DNA from: Malacoraja senta
Taxonomy: Eukaryota
Length of the DNA stretch: 64,000 nt
Direction: 5' to 3'
Assembly: GCA_038087875.1 (NCBI GenBank)
Contig: CM075990.1
Coordinates: 8,868,001 to 8,932,000, forward strand
A model generated the notes under the pieces. That model was not told the DNA's origin. It did not search any database and saw nothing but the letters and a program-made list of their open reading frames with translations. Both the position numbers and the translations under genes were made by a program. This document shows positions 50,767-63,871 of this stretch, in pieces (position 1 is the stretch's first letter; every line of letters begins with the position of its first letter).

Positions 50767-51053
50767 TTGCTCAACCCACTGTTAATTCAAGTGGAACACT
50801 AGCATCCAGTAGATAGACACAAAATGCTGGAGTAACTCAGCGGGACAGGCAGCATCTCTGGATAGAAGGAAGAAGGGTCTCGACCCAAAACGTGCTGAAG
50901 AAGGGTCTCGACCCATTCCTTCTCTCCAGAGATGCTGCCTGTCCCGCTGGGTTACTCCAGCATTTTGTGTCTATCTTCAGTTTAAACCAGCATCTGCAGT
51001 TCCTTCCTATACACTAGCGTCCAGTAGCTGTGATATCATATCATAATTTATAT
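50767..51053 (+). repeat. 287-bp direct repeat, copy 2
   Basis: Identical by eye to 47771-48057. Confidence 0.95.
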
Positions 51054-51116
51054 TAATCCTGTTCTGTCACATTGAAGGATTTTCAACCGGAAGCAGAAAG
51101 TATAACATTACATTCA

Positions 51117-51498
51117 TAGAAACATAGAAACATAGAAAATAGGTGCAGGAGGAGGTCATTCGGCCCTTCGAGCCAGCACCGCCATTCATTGTGATCATGG
51201 CTGATCGTCCCCAATCAATAACCCGTGCCTGCATTCTCCCCATATCCCTTGATTCCACTAGCCCCTAGAGCTCTATCTAACTCTCTCTTAAATCCATCCA
51301 GAGATTTGGCCTCCACTGCCCTCCGTGCCAGGGAATTCCACAAATTCACAACTCTCTGGGTGAAAACGTTTATTCTCACCTCTGTCTTAAATGGCTTCCC
51401 CTTTATTCTAAGACCGTGGCCCCTGGTTCTGGACTCGCCCAACTTTGGGAACATTTTTCCTGCATCTAGCTTGTCCAGTCCTTCTATAATTTTATATG
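51117..51498 (-). mobile_element. CR1 3' fragment
   Basis: YKIIEGLDKLDAGKMF...FTQRVVNLWNSL; (catagaaa)n tail; attca at both junctions. Confidence 0.9.
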
Positions 51499-51727
51499 AT
51501 TCAATTTGAAATATTTTACAAAATATAAAGTAAAGACTGGAAAATAGCCAATAAATGGGCCAGAAGGAAAACATATCTTAAAAGAAATTTTAAAATACAT
51601 CTCTTCTAGGTTGAAATATTCCAAACATTATGCAGAAAAGTAGATTCGCAGGGAGAGGGGATTCCTTCGCAATTATTTTGGCTTAGAATTCCAAACAAAA
51701 CTCATTTAAACAACGGAGGAAATACAA

Positions 51728-52032
51728 TTTAGTTTAATTAAGTTTAGCGATACAGTGTGGAAACAGGCCCTTCGGCCCCCCGAGTACGCGCCGACCAATG
51801 ATCCCCGCATCTTAACATTATCCTCCACACACTAGGGACCATTTTCACATTTACCAAGCCAATTAACCTACAGACCTGTATGTCTTTGGAGTGTGGGAGG
51901 AAACCGAAGATATCGGAGAAAACCCACGTGGAGAACGTATAAACTCCATACAGACAGCACCCATAGTCGGCATCGAACCTGGGTCTGTGGTGCTGCATGT
52001 ACTGTAAGGCAGCGACTCTATCGCTGCACCAC
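51728..52032 (-). mobile_element. V-SINE (HE1-like)
   Basis: Reverse complement of the SINE consensus. Confidence 0.85.
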
Positions 52033-52344
52033 CTTTTACGAGTGTTTTACAAGGATAAGGTCATATTTACCTTAAATTTCTGGCCGCAGACCTGCTGGAG
52101 AGGATGGGATAAGTGCAGTCCATGGAGAGCCACTGAAACATTCACAACGGCATCAGTGTGGGTGGGAAACCTACAAATTGTTATCATTGTCACTGACATT
52201 AGTGAGTTTGCCATGGGTAGAGCGATACAACTGGTGCTGATACTGCAGCATCTGTGCAGATCAAAGGGAATCAAGAATAGGGGGAGCATAGAAATAATCA
52301 TTGTGTCAGGATCATTGATGGTCTTATTGGATTACATGCAAGAT

Positions 52345-52748
52345 TCTTCTTCATAGGCCCCCCTCGGTCATAGCTGACCATGGGTGTCTCCAGGGTGTTA
52401 TTCCCTATATGGAGGACGCCTATGCGTGACTTTGTTTAACGTGGGGAGAATGGTCCTTGACAGATCTGGGTCAGGATCCAGTGGCATGGAGTCCAAGACG
52501 ACCGGAGACCCGTTTCTGCTGCAGCCTTCATCCGCCTTCCCAGCCGTTCTGACGCTCCACTAAGGTCAGCCATCATCCTCCGCCTGTTACACCGATGAGG
52601 TCTTAGTTGGATTGCTCTTTGTCAAAGACCTCCCCCTCGACCCTACCGCCATGGGTGGCCCTACCAGGTGCATAGCTCCAGACGGCATTGCTCTCAGGAT
52701 CTCAGGTCCACACAAGCTTCTCCACCACGACAAGGTGACAATCCACAG
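52345..52748 (-). mobile_element. Short non-autonomous RTE-type element
   Basis: Minus-strand 5' end gtggattgtcaccttgtcgtggtggag resembles RTE/Expander 5'UTRs; (gaa)n tail; no ORF. Confidence 0.55.
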
Positions 52749-53693
52749 AGATGGGTGCAAGATTGAAGGTCTCCAACTTCTCCTGTTTCTTATAACTATT
52801 CTAAATGAGGCTACGCACCTTGCCAATGTGGACACTGCTGCAATACATTGAGACACAGTCATTAAAGTCAGCCATGATCATTATTCAATGGTGGGTCATG
52901 CTTGAGAGGCCAAGTGGTTTACTCCTGTCCCTACTTTCTTGTGTTCTTATGTGCAAGCCAGTTAAAGCAGCATATTCTGCTCCTCTGGGTCACTGTTATC
53001 AATGGTGGGTTGGTTTACGTTTGGAATTCAGTGCCAGGTTTTGTGGCAGAACTGGTTCTAGGGAAAGGAGAAAGGGAGAATTATAAGCATCTGATAGGAA
53101 AGAATTTGCAATGCTGAGGGGATAAGACAGAAAAGTGGGAGGAGGAGTTGCTCTTACACTGAGTGGGTATGGGCGATGGGCCAAATGGCCTCCTTCCTTG
53201 TTGTAACCATTATGTGGTCCTTGATTCTGTCATCTTTGTACAATCGACTTTTATGTAATTGTTTGTGGCAGAACTCAAACTAATTTACTTGATCCAAATG
53301 AACGCTGACAACTATTACATCTTGGAAAATAAGTTGGACTGCATTGAAAAATAAAACTCTATGATTTATATCCTGTCCTAGACTAATCCCCCATAACATC
53401 ATCTGTCCTTGCTAGTTCTCATTGCCTTATTGTTTATCTCAATACATATTTTTTAAGTTCTTACTTCTGTGTGGTTAACCTTTTCCAAAGTACTTGCTAC
53501 CAACTACACTGGTCTTCTCATGCTGTGCACATGAGTGCACATATCCCTTATGAATCCATCATGCTCCATTATAGACATTCTCCCTCAGTGGCTCTGGGGC
53601 ACCAGGGTCCAGTCCAGAGACTGCAGTATACATAACCATTCACAGGTTATCATGGTGAACCCGTGGGTGACATGGTAGCACAGCCATTGTAGC

Positions 53694-53990
53694 ACGGCAC
53701 AGTGGCGCATTGGTGGAGTCGCTGCCTTACAGCGCTAGAGACCCAGGTTTGATCCAGACTATGGATGCTGTCTGTACGGAGTTTGTATCTCTCCCTGTGA
53801 CCCCGGGGATTTCTCCAAGTGCTCCGGTTTCCTCCCACATTCGAAAGACGTGCAGGTTTGTATGTTAAATTAATTCTGTAAATTGTCTCTATTGATAGAA
53901 CGAGTGTGTGGATGATTGCTGGTTGGTGTGGTCTCGGTTGGCCAGAGGGACTGTTTCCATGCTCTATCTCTAAACTAAGCTAAACTAAAC
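53694..53990 (+). mobile_element. V-SINE (HE1-like)
   Basis: SINE head, core and ctaaa tail. Confidence 0.85.
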
Positions 53991-54530
53991 ACTGCCTCAC
54001 AACAGCAGAGGTGGAAGTTTAATCCTCACCTTGGGTGAAGCCTGTTGGATGTTTACACATTCTTCCTGTGGCCGCGTAGTTTCTTCTGTGTGTTGTAGTC
54101 ACCACCCACATCGCAAAGACATGCAGTTTAGTAGGTTAATTGGCCACTGCACTTTGCCCCCAGTGTATACTGAAGATGAGTGGTAGAATATGGGGGGGGG
54201 GGCGAGGGAGGGGGGACTTGATGAGAATTCTGGGAGAATAAAAATGGGATTAATATAAGATTAATGTAAATGTCAACATCAATGGTTGGCACAGGCTTGG
54301 TGGGCAAAGGCCCTGTCTCTCTGCGGTATTTCTCTTTGATTCTATGATTCTTTGAGTGAAACTGAATTTGGGTTTGTTCAAGTCCTGGCAATGGTATTTT
54401 GCATTCAATAGCTGAAATTGACTATTCAGAAACCCACTGATCACCACTTTCTCGGGTGCTGTCGGTGTGGAGTTTGTATGTTCTCCCCGTGACCTTGTGG
54501 GTTTCCTCCAGGTGCTCCTGTTTCCTACTA

Positions 54531-54985
54531 ACTATGGCCACACTACATATACTAGCCATGGCCACACTAGATGCATCTGCTATGGCTACTCTAGATGTAC
54601 CTCAATGGAACCCATTTATAACAATCAAACAGACTTGGTTGCAAAGTCTTCTCCACTGCTCAACCCACTGTTGGTTCAAAAGGAACACTGGCGTCCAGTA
54701 GCTGTGATATCATATCATAATTTATATTAATCCTGTTCAGTCACATTGATGGATTTTCACACACAACAGGAAGCGGAAAGCATAACTTTATATTCAATTT
54801 AAAAGACTTTACAAAATATAAAATAAAGAATGAAAATTGACCACACTAGATGTACCAGCTATGCTCACACAAGATGTACCAGCCATGGCCACACTAGATG
54901 TACTAACTATAGCAACACTACATATACTAACCATTGCCACACTAGATGTACCAGTCATGGCCACTCTACATATACCAGCTATGAT
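54531..54985. repeat. 24-bp minisatellite (atggccacactagatgtaccagct) split by a ~230-bp duplicated segment
   Basis: About 3 units at 54531-54603 and about 6 units at 54837-54983. Confidence 0.9.
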
Positions 54986-57035
54986 GCTACATAAAGCTGA
55001 GAAATCAGGTACAAAGTGTATTCATCTGCTCCACTCCACCGCACTCCAGACTTACACTGCCTTCCAGTCTGGTGTTTCCCCACAGAATCTCCCGACACAT
55101 TGCTGACGATTTATTCTGGCCCATTATCAACCACTGCGTGGACACACGATAGCACAATTCACCGCAGTGCATATTACAATTAATAAAGTGCTGTCTCTGG
55201 CCTTTCAGAGGCCCCAGAAGTCATGATGAGATTCAGGACAGGAATGTTCTTCACTTCAATTAGAGGAATTTCTTTTGCGATGTTTGTAATAATGCAAGTG
55301 GTGTAAGGTTGACATTGATGATTTAATTTTCTAAATTTAGGCTCCTGGATGACAGTTCCTCCTTGGATACAGGCTGCCAGGGAAACCTACAAAATCTGTG
55401 CAAAGTCAACTGGCTCATTCCAAATTGCAAAATCTTTTCCTTTCATCTGTAAATCAGGATTTTTCTCTGGTTTTATCAGTATCAATTTACCGGGCAAAAT
55501 ATGAATTCAGATGCACATTCAGGAGCACTCACAGAGATTGTGAATCCAAAGGTCGACAAAAATGCTGGAGAAACTCAGTGGGCGAGGCAGCATCTATGGA
55601 GAGAAGGAATAGGCGACGCTTCGGGTCGAGACCCTTCTTCAGAATCCAAAGATCAAAGTCTTAGGACCGTAATCTAAAGTCAAGATAATGAGCCCAAGGC
55701 ATATTTTGCAGATGAGCTGAGAAACAACTTTTTTTTTTAATTTGGGATTGGTTTGGGAACAAGATCACAGGTGATGCAGCACCTCATGTTTGTAACGATT
55801 GCTGGTTTAGGACCTTAATAGAGAGCTTTCAGCAGCCCCACTCTGAAGAAGGGACAATAACAGGTGATGCAGTCGAGTCCAGACATGATAATGATGTATG
55901 GAACGCCATCAACTGTAAATGACCAGAGGCAAGACTAGAACTGTGAACCTTGACAAAGTAGAGAAGAGGCAATTAAGCGAAGGTGCAGATATGGATTTAT
56001 AAATCACGCCAAGGTCAAATATTAGAACGCAAGCAAATCAAGTTGTCAGTCTTGCACATGCTCATTGTGAGGCTTCTTTCCTGTTGAATATATATTCCGT
56101 GACGTTCGCTGTTCAGTCTACAAATAAATAGCGGATTTCTTCTTTCAAAAGCTGGACAAAACTCTTATTGATAGGCTCCCAACCTAGAACGAAGCTTGCA
56201 AAAATGCTATTTCATAGGCAATCTATCAACAAACTCTGCAGCAAAAGGCTGAGGCACTTATACACCTAAGGACTGCGTCTCTCAGCCCTGAATAATATTT
56301 AACTCCTGTTACAGTGGGCGGTGTGATTATTAAAGACAGCCTGCGTTTTCCTGCTGACACTGTAAGTGAATCACATCAGTCAACACCGCACTTTTCTCCC
56401 CCACAAATCTCACTCCAGACTGGTTTAATGATTCATAATCATGGACATTATGTTAAAAAAAAAAAATCACTGACAAAATTAATGATGCCTTTTGGGATTT
56501 TTGCCATCTATACGACCGAGTGACATTGAACGCAGAGATTAATCCAGAACCATCCTATTACCCAGAGTGAGAAAATTAACCAGCTTTTGTTTTCTGTGCC
56601 CGTAAGCAATTTCACAGCAAGGAGGGTGACAAGATCAGGGCAGGGCTTGAGATATCGTCACATAAAGACAACTGCAGCTTATTATATGCAGCACATACAT
56701 CACGGTGAGTTACTTTTACTCAGCAAGTGATTTATTCCCTTCAGTAAATGGTTCACAAGTTGCTATTTTTCCATCCCAGTTGTTACATCAGTTTCTGTGA
56801 GTTTTTGGCTCTGAAAATAATCGGGAGAGCAGCAGAGAAATGAGGTGGCAAACCACCCAAGCATATGACCTCTACACTATGGAGAAGAGCAAGGGCATCA
56901 TTGTACGCATGTCCATGTGTTCCCCTGCAAGTCGCTCCTGTGTATCAGCAGTTATATCAGCAGTCCCTCATCGCCACTGGGTCTAAATCCAGCACATTGC
57001 CACCCAGCACTACAGTAAACATTATGCATTAAAGT

Positions 57036-57291
57036 GGGCGGCACAGTGGTAGAGTTGCTGCCTTACAACGCTTGCAGCGCCAGAGACCTGTACGGAGTTT
57101 ATACGCCCTCCCTGTGACCATGTGGGTTTTCTCCAAGATCTTTGGTTTCCTTCCACACGCCAAAGACCTACTTGGTATAAGTGAAAATTGTTCCCAGTGC
57201 ACGCTTGTGTTAATGTGCGGGGATCACTGGTCAGTGCGGGCTCAGTGGCCGAAGGGCTTGTGTCCCCGCTATATCTCTAAACTAAACTAAA
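57036..57291 (+). mobile_element. V-SINE (HE1-like), internally deleted
   Basis: SINE head, core and tail. Confidence 0.8.
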
Positions 57292-58218
57292 CCTTTACCA
57301 CAGGCACAGCAGAGATTAAAGGAAGTATCTTGGCACTTCTTCATAGCAGACGTTAGTTACTGGCACTACTTGCTGCTCTTTGCCAATGACACCCGCATCC
57401 CTCGATGAAAAATTCAAAATATATCTGCAAATGTAAAATGCTGCAGATGGTGGAAATCTGCAAGAAAAACAAGAATTGATGGAGAATTTATTTAGTCAGT
57501 GGGTGGTGAATCTGTGGAATTCATTGCCACAGAGGCTGTCATGGCCAATTCAATGGATATTTTTAAGGTTGAGATTGCCAGATTCTTGATTAGTAAGGGA
57601 GTCAGGGGTTATGGGGTGAAGGCAGGAGAGTGGGGCTGAGAGGGAACGATAGATCAGCCATGATTGCACGGCAGAGTAGATGTGATGAGCCGAATGACCT
57701 AATTCACCCCCTAGAACGTATTATCTTATGAAACTATGAACTACCAAATGATTTCCTCCCACGTCCCAAAAATATGCAGGTTGCCAGGTTAATTAGCCCT
57801 CTGTAAATTGCCTTTGATGAATGCTGGACAGTGGGGAGTTGTTGGGGATGTGGGGAGAATAATATTGGGATTAGTATAGGGTTCTTGATGGTCAGTTTAG
57901 AGTTAGTGGGCTGACAGTCCTGTTCCCATGCAACTTAATTCCATGAATGGCTCAGCATTTGTGGAGCAAGTATCATAATTAATGCTTCAGATCAATTGTA
58001 CACATAAGCTCCACAGTGAAGAGCAGTGAGTGAATATTCAGTGGAATGGATGGGATTGTGAGAGGCAGTATCAGTGGGATTGTCAGATGCTGCATTGTCA
58101 GAGGCAGTATCCGTGGAGAGAGAAATAGAGCTGATAATTCAGGCTGATGGTCTTCCATCAGAACCTGGAAAAGTTGGAAAGCAGGCCTGTTTTAAGTTGT
58201 GGAGAAGGGGGAGAGTTA

Positions 58219-58535
58219 AGGGGCTGTCCCACTGTACGAGCTAATTCAAGAGTTCTCCCGAGTTTCACCTGATTCGAACTCGGAGAATTACGGTAATAGC
58301 CGCTCGTAGGTACTCGGGGCTCTCGTGCACATTTTTCAACATGCTGAAAAATCTTCACGAGTCTTCACGAGCTTACCGCATTTCCCGAGTACCTGCTGTT
58401 AGCGTTACGAGCTGCAAAGAGACGTCCCGAGCTCTGACGTACCCGCTATTTACATTCTACGTGCTTACCACGAGTTTGATTTTTTTTTAAACTCGGGAGA
58501 GCTCTTGAATTAGCTCGTACAGTGGGATAGCCCCT
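58219..58535. mobile_element. PIF/Harbinger-type MITE
   Basis: ~48-bp TIRs aggggctgtcccactgtacgagctaattcaagagttctcccgagttt; TTA TSD at 58216-58218 and 58536-58538. Confidence 0.88.
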
Positions 58536-58555
58536 TTAGTTAAGAATATGGATTG

Positions 58556-59375
58556 TGGAGGAAGGAACTACAGATGCTGGTTCAAACTGAAGATAGACAC
58601 AAAAAGCTGGAGTAACTCAGCGGGACAGGCAATATCTCTGGAGAGAAAGAATGGGTGACGTTTCGGGTCGAGACCGTTCTTCAGACTAGTTAGGGAAAAG
58701 GGTAACGAGAGATATGAACAATGATGTAGAGAGATAAAGAACAATGAAAGAAAGATATTCAAAAAATAACAATGATAAAGGAAACAGGCCATTGTTAGCT
58801 GTTTGTTGGGTGAAAACGAGAAGCTGGTGCGACTTGCTGGGGTTACTTGAAGTTAGAGAAGTTAATATTCATACCACTGGGCTGTAAGCTGTCCAAACGA
58901 AATATGAGATGCTGTTCCTCCAATTGGCATGTAGCCTCACTCTGACAATGGAAGAGATCTAGGACAGAAAGGTCAGTGTAGGAATGGGAAAGAGAATTAA
59001 AGTGTTTAACAACTGGGAGATCAGGTAGGTCTAGGCGGGCTTAGCGAAGGTGTTCAGCGAAACGATCGCTCAGTCTACGCTTGGTCTTGCCAATGCATAA
59101 GAGTCCACACCCTGAACAACAGATACAGTCAATGAGGTTGGAGGAGGGGCAAGTAAACCTCTGCCTAACCTGAAAGGACTGTCGGAGTCCCTGGACAACA
59201 TCTCTGGAGATAATGAATGGGTGACGTTTCAGGTCGAGACCTTTCCTCAGACCCTTCTTCAGAGCCGAAACGTCACCCATTTCTTCACTCCAGAGATGCT
59301 GCCTGTACCGCTGAGTCACTCCAGCTTTATGTGTCAATCTTCGGTTTAAACCAGCATCTGCAGCTCCTTCCTACA
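58556..59375 (-). mobile_element. Penelope-like element with GIY-YIG remnant and inverted pLTRs
   Basis: RQRFTCPSSNLIDCICCSGCGLLCIGKTKRRLSDRFAEHLR; inverted terminal copies; hammerhead-like motif at ~58657-58685 on the minus strand. Confidence 0.88.
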
Positions 59376-60852
59376 CCTGCTGTAATTGCTAGTTAAACGG
59401 AGGTTCATTCTGTCTTAAGCAGAGTCTGGGGGTATTTAAAGCTTTAAGGCAGAGTAAGGATACAAAGGCTTTACCAAGAGCAAACCCAGTGTAAAATCTG
59501 TCATCGCACCATGGTGAATCAGGGCTCTAAAGGCAAGTCTGGGATTGGACTTTAAATGCGAGGCTGAAAATGAATCTACGAACATATTTAACATCAAAAC
59601 CTTTTTCTGGCAAACAAATCTAATGGAACTCGGCAGATTAAGGATCTTCTATTAGAGATTGTGAAGATTAAACTTGGAAGATTTATTCACATCCACCAGG
59701 TTTTCATTTAAGAGATAATAACGCACTTAGATATCAATAAAAGCTCCTTGCAGGAAAAAGCTAAGTGAGATAAGGTATAACAGTATTAACATGCTCGTGG
59801 ACCAAGAGTGTGAATCTCATTTTAAATCTTTTAATTAATTGGGAGAGATTACCAAATACTTCCACTGGATTCCTTCAATGTCTTTTGTCTCAAATATAAA
59901 TGTCAAATCAAAATTGGTCCAAGAATGTGGCTAAATCCCTTGCAAAATAAAATGTTGAAGGATAGATAAATGGACCTGGCACTGAACAGATATCTGTTGG
60001 ATTTGACGAGATTGAGCAAAAAGTAGTTTCCATTCAAACACTACCTTTTCACATCTCAAAAACATACCAAACTGCTTCATCTCCAAGGGATTGATTTGGA
60101 ACTCAGTGTCTGCTGTTCTGCAGTCAAATATGACGGCAGTTGTGCAGCATAAGATCCCACTAGCAGCAATTTTGGTACCATGAGAAACTTTGATCAGGAC
60201 AGCAGTGTGCTACAGGCATCTTCCCCACAGATCCAAAGGTCACCAGGGTCCACTGCCAATAGCAGTATTCCTTCACACATTGCAATACTTCCACCCACTG
60301 TACTTCAGACAGTAGAGCTGTCCCTCAGTGCTCTTCCTATACCACCCCAAGTTACCTCCACCCTTCAATATACAAGCACCCCTCAATATTGCACTGCATG
60401 TAAAGAAGGACACCTGTAGTACAGCCATTCATGCAGTGTCAACGAGCTCATGACTGACCTTGTTATTGTCTTAGAGTTGCTGTTCTAATGATGAAGAGTG
60501 CTGGAGCAATGCCCCTCCAATAGTGCAGCACTCCCACAGAGAGAAAGATAGAGATGTTGTGGGTGCCAAACAAACAGGTGCTTTGTTCTAAATGGTGTTG
60601 AGTTTCTTGACAGTTGTTGGAACTGCACTCATTTGAACAAGTGGAGGTATTCAATGATATTGTTGGTTTTCACCTGGATAACGAAAGTTGTCAAAGATGA
60701 GTCACTTGTCACGGGATGCTCAGCATCTCACCACTTAAAGACGTATATTTAAGTGGCTAGTCCAGCTTCTAGTCAACGGTGAACTATTTACTATCATTCA
60801 TTGGATGTCAGATTGAGACAAAATAACAAATTTGGTGACACCTAATTTCTAA

Positions 60853-61072
60853 AAAAGACACAAAGTGCTTGAGTAACTCAGCGAGTCAGGCAACATTGCT
60901 GGAGAACATGGATAGGCAACATTTCAGGTTGGGACCTTTTTTCACACTAAAGATGGGTGCGTTCTGAAATATTGCCCATCTCCAGTCTCCAGAGATAATG
61001 CCTGACTCACTGAGTTGCTCCAGCATTTTGTGTCTATTTTGTAAACCAGCACTTGCAGTTCCTTGTGTCTAA
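60853..61072. mobile_element. Older Penelope-derived fold-back insertion
   Basis: Degenerate inverted arms; TSD acctaatt(t/c)cta. Confidence 0.75.
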
Positions 61073-61463
61073 ACCTAATTCCTAGTTCTAAGTGCCCTAC
61101 AAAGAAAGCCATGTGACAATCAGATGTGCATTCAAAGAAGCCACTGGCATGTTGAAGGTGTGCTTCAGAACAGAACAGGTGGTCTACTTCAGCTGGGACC
61201 CATGGATCACTCTATTGACCAGTCCTCTGCTCATACTGAGGAGTAGTCTCATGGATTTTCTTTCTCATGAATTAAGTAATCCTTGATTTATAAAATAAAC
61301 AAAAATAACTTCTAGTGTCGCAAAGGGAAGAATATATTCTTATTGGCTAACATGCCCATTTTAATTTCTGTAGGATTTGATTCCAAGGTGTTTTGCTGAA
61401 GATTGTGTTCATTTCATTTGAACATCTGTTTAAAACTACAAAGGTCCCTAATCAAACTTCCAC

Positions 61464-61555
61464 CTGAAGAAGGGTCTCGACCCGAAACATCACCCATTCC
61501 TTCCACCCTGTGATGCTGCCTGTTCCGCTGAGTTACTCCAGCATTTTGTGTCTAT
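61464..61555 (+). mobile_element. Penelope pLTR fragment with hammerhead-like motif
   Basis: ctgaagaagggtctcgacccgaaacatc; TSD cttccacctga (61457-61467 and 61556-61566). Confidence 0.85.
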
Positions 61556-62427
61556 CTTCCACCTGAGTTGTTGGTTTGGCAGGTACTTAGAAAACCTCCA
61601 GCTGATTATCAGCAACAACAGAACTCCATTCAATGTCCAATGCAGTTTCAAACACTAAAACTTCTTCAGATACCGTTATTGTTAATGGGAAGGTCACATT
61701 CTCTGGCAGTAGCATTTTTTCCACCATTTATCATCCATTGTTTGATATCTTCCACAGCTTTCGGCCTTTCAATCTTTGCTTCCAAAATGAATGCTTCTCA
61801 CCACCTGCGTCAACAGTGTCACAAACTCAATGGGGCATGTAGCAGCACTAATCAATACTGTGCCATTAGCAGTGTGACACAAACACCTCTCTCATTCATC
61901 TGCCCGCTACCTGGGCTATAAAAGAAATCCGCTTCACCATTCCGGAAGGACAAATCGAAATTATTTGACGTCTCCATCGTAGACCAATATCACGGTCATC
62001 TCATTAATACTTTCATTCTCAGTTAGCCTTTTACTATTCCTGGAAGAAATTAACAAAGTAGATTACTTTCAATAATGTTATTTATGAAAAAAAATAATGC
62101 AAATCCCATAAGCTCTGTGCAATCAACTAACATCACTCCCAAACCTGATGTGGTTTAGTGCATAAAACTCCATTCTCATTATCACAACTCTCTACCTCGT
62201 GTCACAATACGATGTTCTCTATTGTATAAATCTCCCAAGCCTATCCATCAGGAGGCAAGTTTGTATTTGAGAGACACGCATACATGCATGTAAGAAATTA
62301 ATCTCTTCTCAAAAAATGTTAGCCCTGACCAAAGAGCATTCTCTCGGTAAAATTCCAATGCAAACATATCCACCTCTGAAACACCAAGCCATAATCTCAC
62401 ATAGACAACAGCCACTTTATATGATGT

Positions 62428-62742
62428 CTTAGTTTAGTTTAGAGATACAGCACAGAAACAGGCGCTTCGGCACACCGAGCCCGCAACCACCAGCGATCCC
62501 TGCACATTAACACTATCCTACTCTAGGGACAATTTTTACATTTATACCAAGGCAATTAACCTACAAACCTGTACGTTTTTGGAGTGTGGGAGGAAACCAA
62601 AGTTCACGGAGAAAACCCACGCAGGTCACGGGAAGAACGTGCAAACTCCGCACAGACAGGCGCCCATAGCCAGGATCGAACCCGGGTCTCTGGCGCTGTA
62701 AACGCTGCAAGGCAGCAACTCTACCGCTGCGCCACCTTGCCT
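62428..62742 (-). mobile_element. V-SINE (HE1-like)
   Basis: Reverse complement of the SINE consensus. Confidence 0.88.
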
Positions 62743-63554
62743 CCCTAAAAAGTAATATTCATTAAATAACAAGGCAGCTCACCAATCACCACTGATGCAG
62801 GTTTGTGGGCGGAATTTTATTTTGTAGAGAACGTTCAATCGTTGGAAAGTGAGACTCTCTTTAATTCTGCCATTTCAGCTTGATTCTGCTTAACTGACAC
62901 GAATTGTCCTCTCATTTAAATTCAATGCTCGCATTACGTCTCTATGAATATTTATGAAGAGCAGATTTTTTTTTCCAATAGGTTTCAACCAACGGCCTTT
63001 GTGATTTTTGACAGCGAGGAACTTCAAACATGTTCTTTAGTGGGTGGAGATTGAGAATTTTCAAGGACTCTAAAGAAATATTTGGTATCTTGACAGTGAA
63101 CCAGATTCTGATGTTTCCTGCCTAATGGAACTAAAGAGCCTGGGATTTTCCCGTTTTTTTGTCCCGCCATTGCTCTTCTATGGACTCTCCATAAGAAGGA
63201 CTCAAACAAACAGAACAATAGAAAACCACAACAGATTTTGATGGGCAATAAATATTACCACCATGATACAAATGGAAGGGCTGAGTGAAGACGGACAGAA
63301 GTACATGAAACAATATTTCTAAGTATGCACACGCCACTTAATAAAAGTTTAATGATTAACCTCTCGCTCCATGCTTACTGAAGCTGAAGATAATTATAAC
63401 AATAATGTCTCTGCAGGTATTACCCCATTGTTGTGCTGGGCAGTGGTGCTTTTAACCCTGAGACCTGTGTCTTTCAGCCTGCGATCAGAGGTAATCAAAG
63501 TTTGGTCTGTGAAGTCATTTCAAAGTCAGAGTGGATCACTGCAGATAGAAATGG

Positions 63555-63755
63555 GCTGGCAGAGTGGCGCAGCGGTAGAGTTGCTGCCTCACAGCGCCAG
63601 AGACCCGGGTTTGATCCTGACCATGGATGCTGTCTATACGGAGTTTTTATATTTTCCCTGTGGCTGCGTGGGTTGCTCCAGGTGCTCCAGCTTCCTACCA
63701 CACTCCAAAGACTTACAGATTTGTAGGTAAATTGGCTTCGGTAAAATTGTAAATG
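63555..63755 (+). mobile_element. V-SINE (HE1-like), running into a microsatellite
   Basis: SINE head and core. Confidence 0.8.
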
Positions 63756-63799
63756 TGTATGTGCATGTGTGTGTGCATGTTTGTGTGTGTGTGTGTGCG

Positions 63800-63871
<72 letters not shown>

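Noticed and set aside
54837..55106. 8-aa repeat protein (MATLDVPA)n
   Set aside because: Translation of a 24-bp minisatellite with no gene structure.
61568..63337. Short ORFs in unique sequence near the window end
   Set aside because: No recognisable homology or consistent exon signals.
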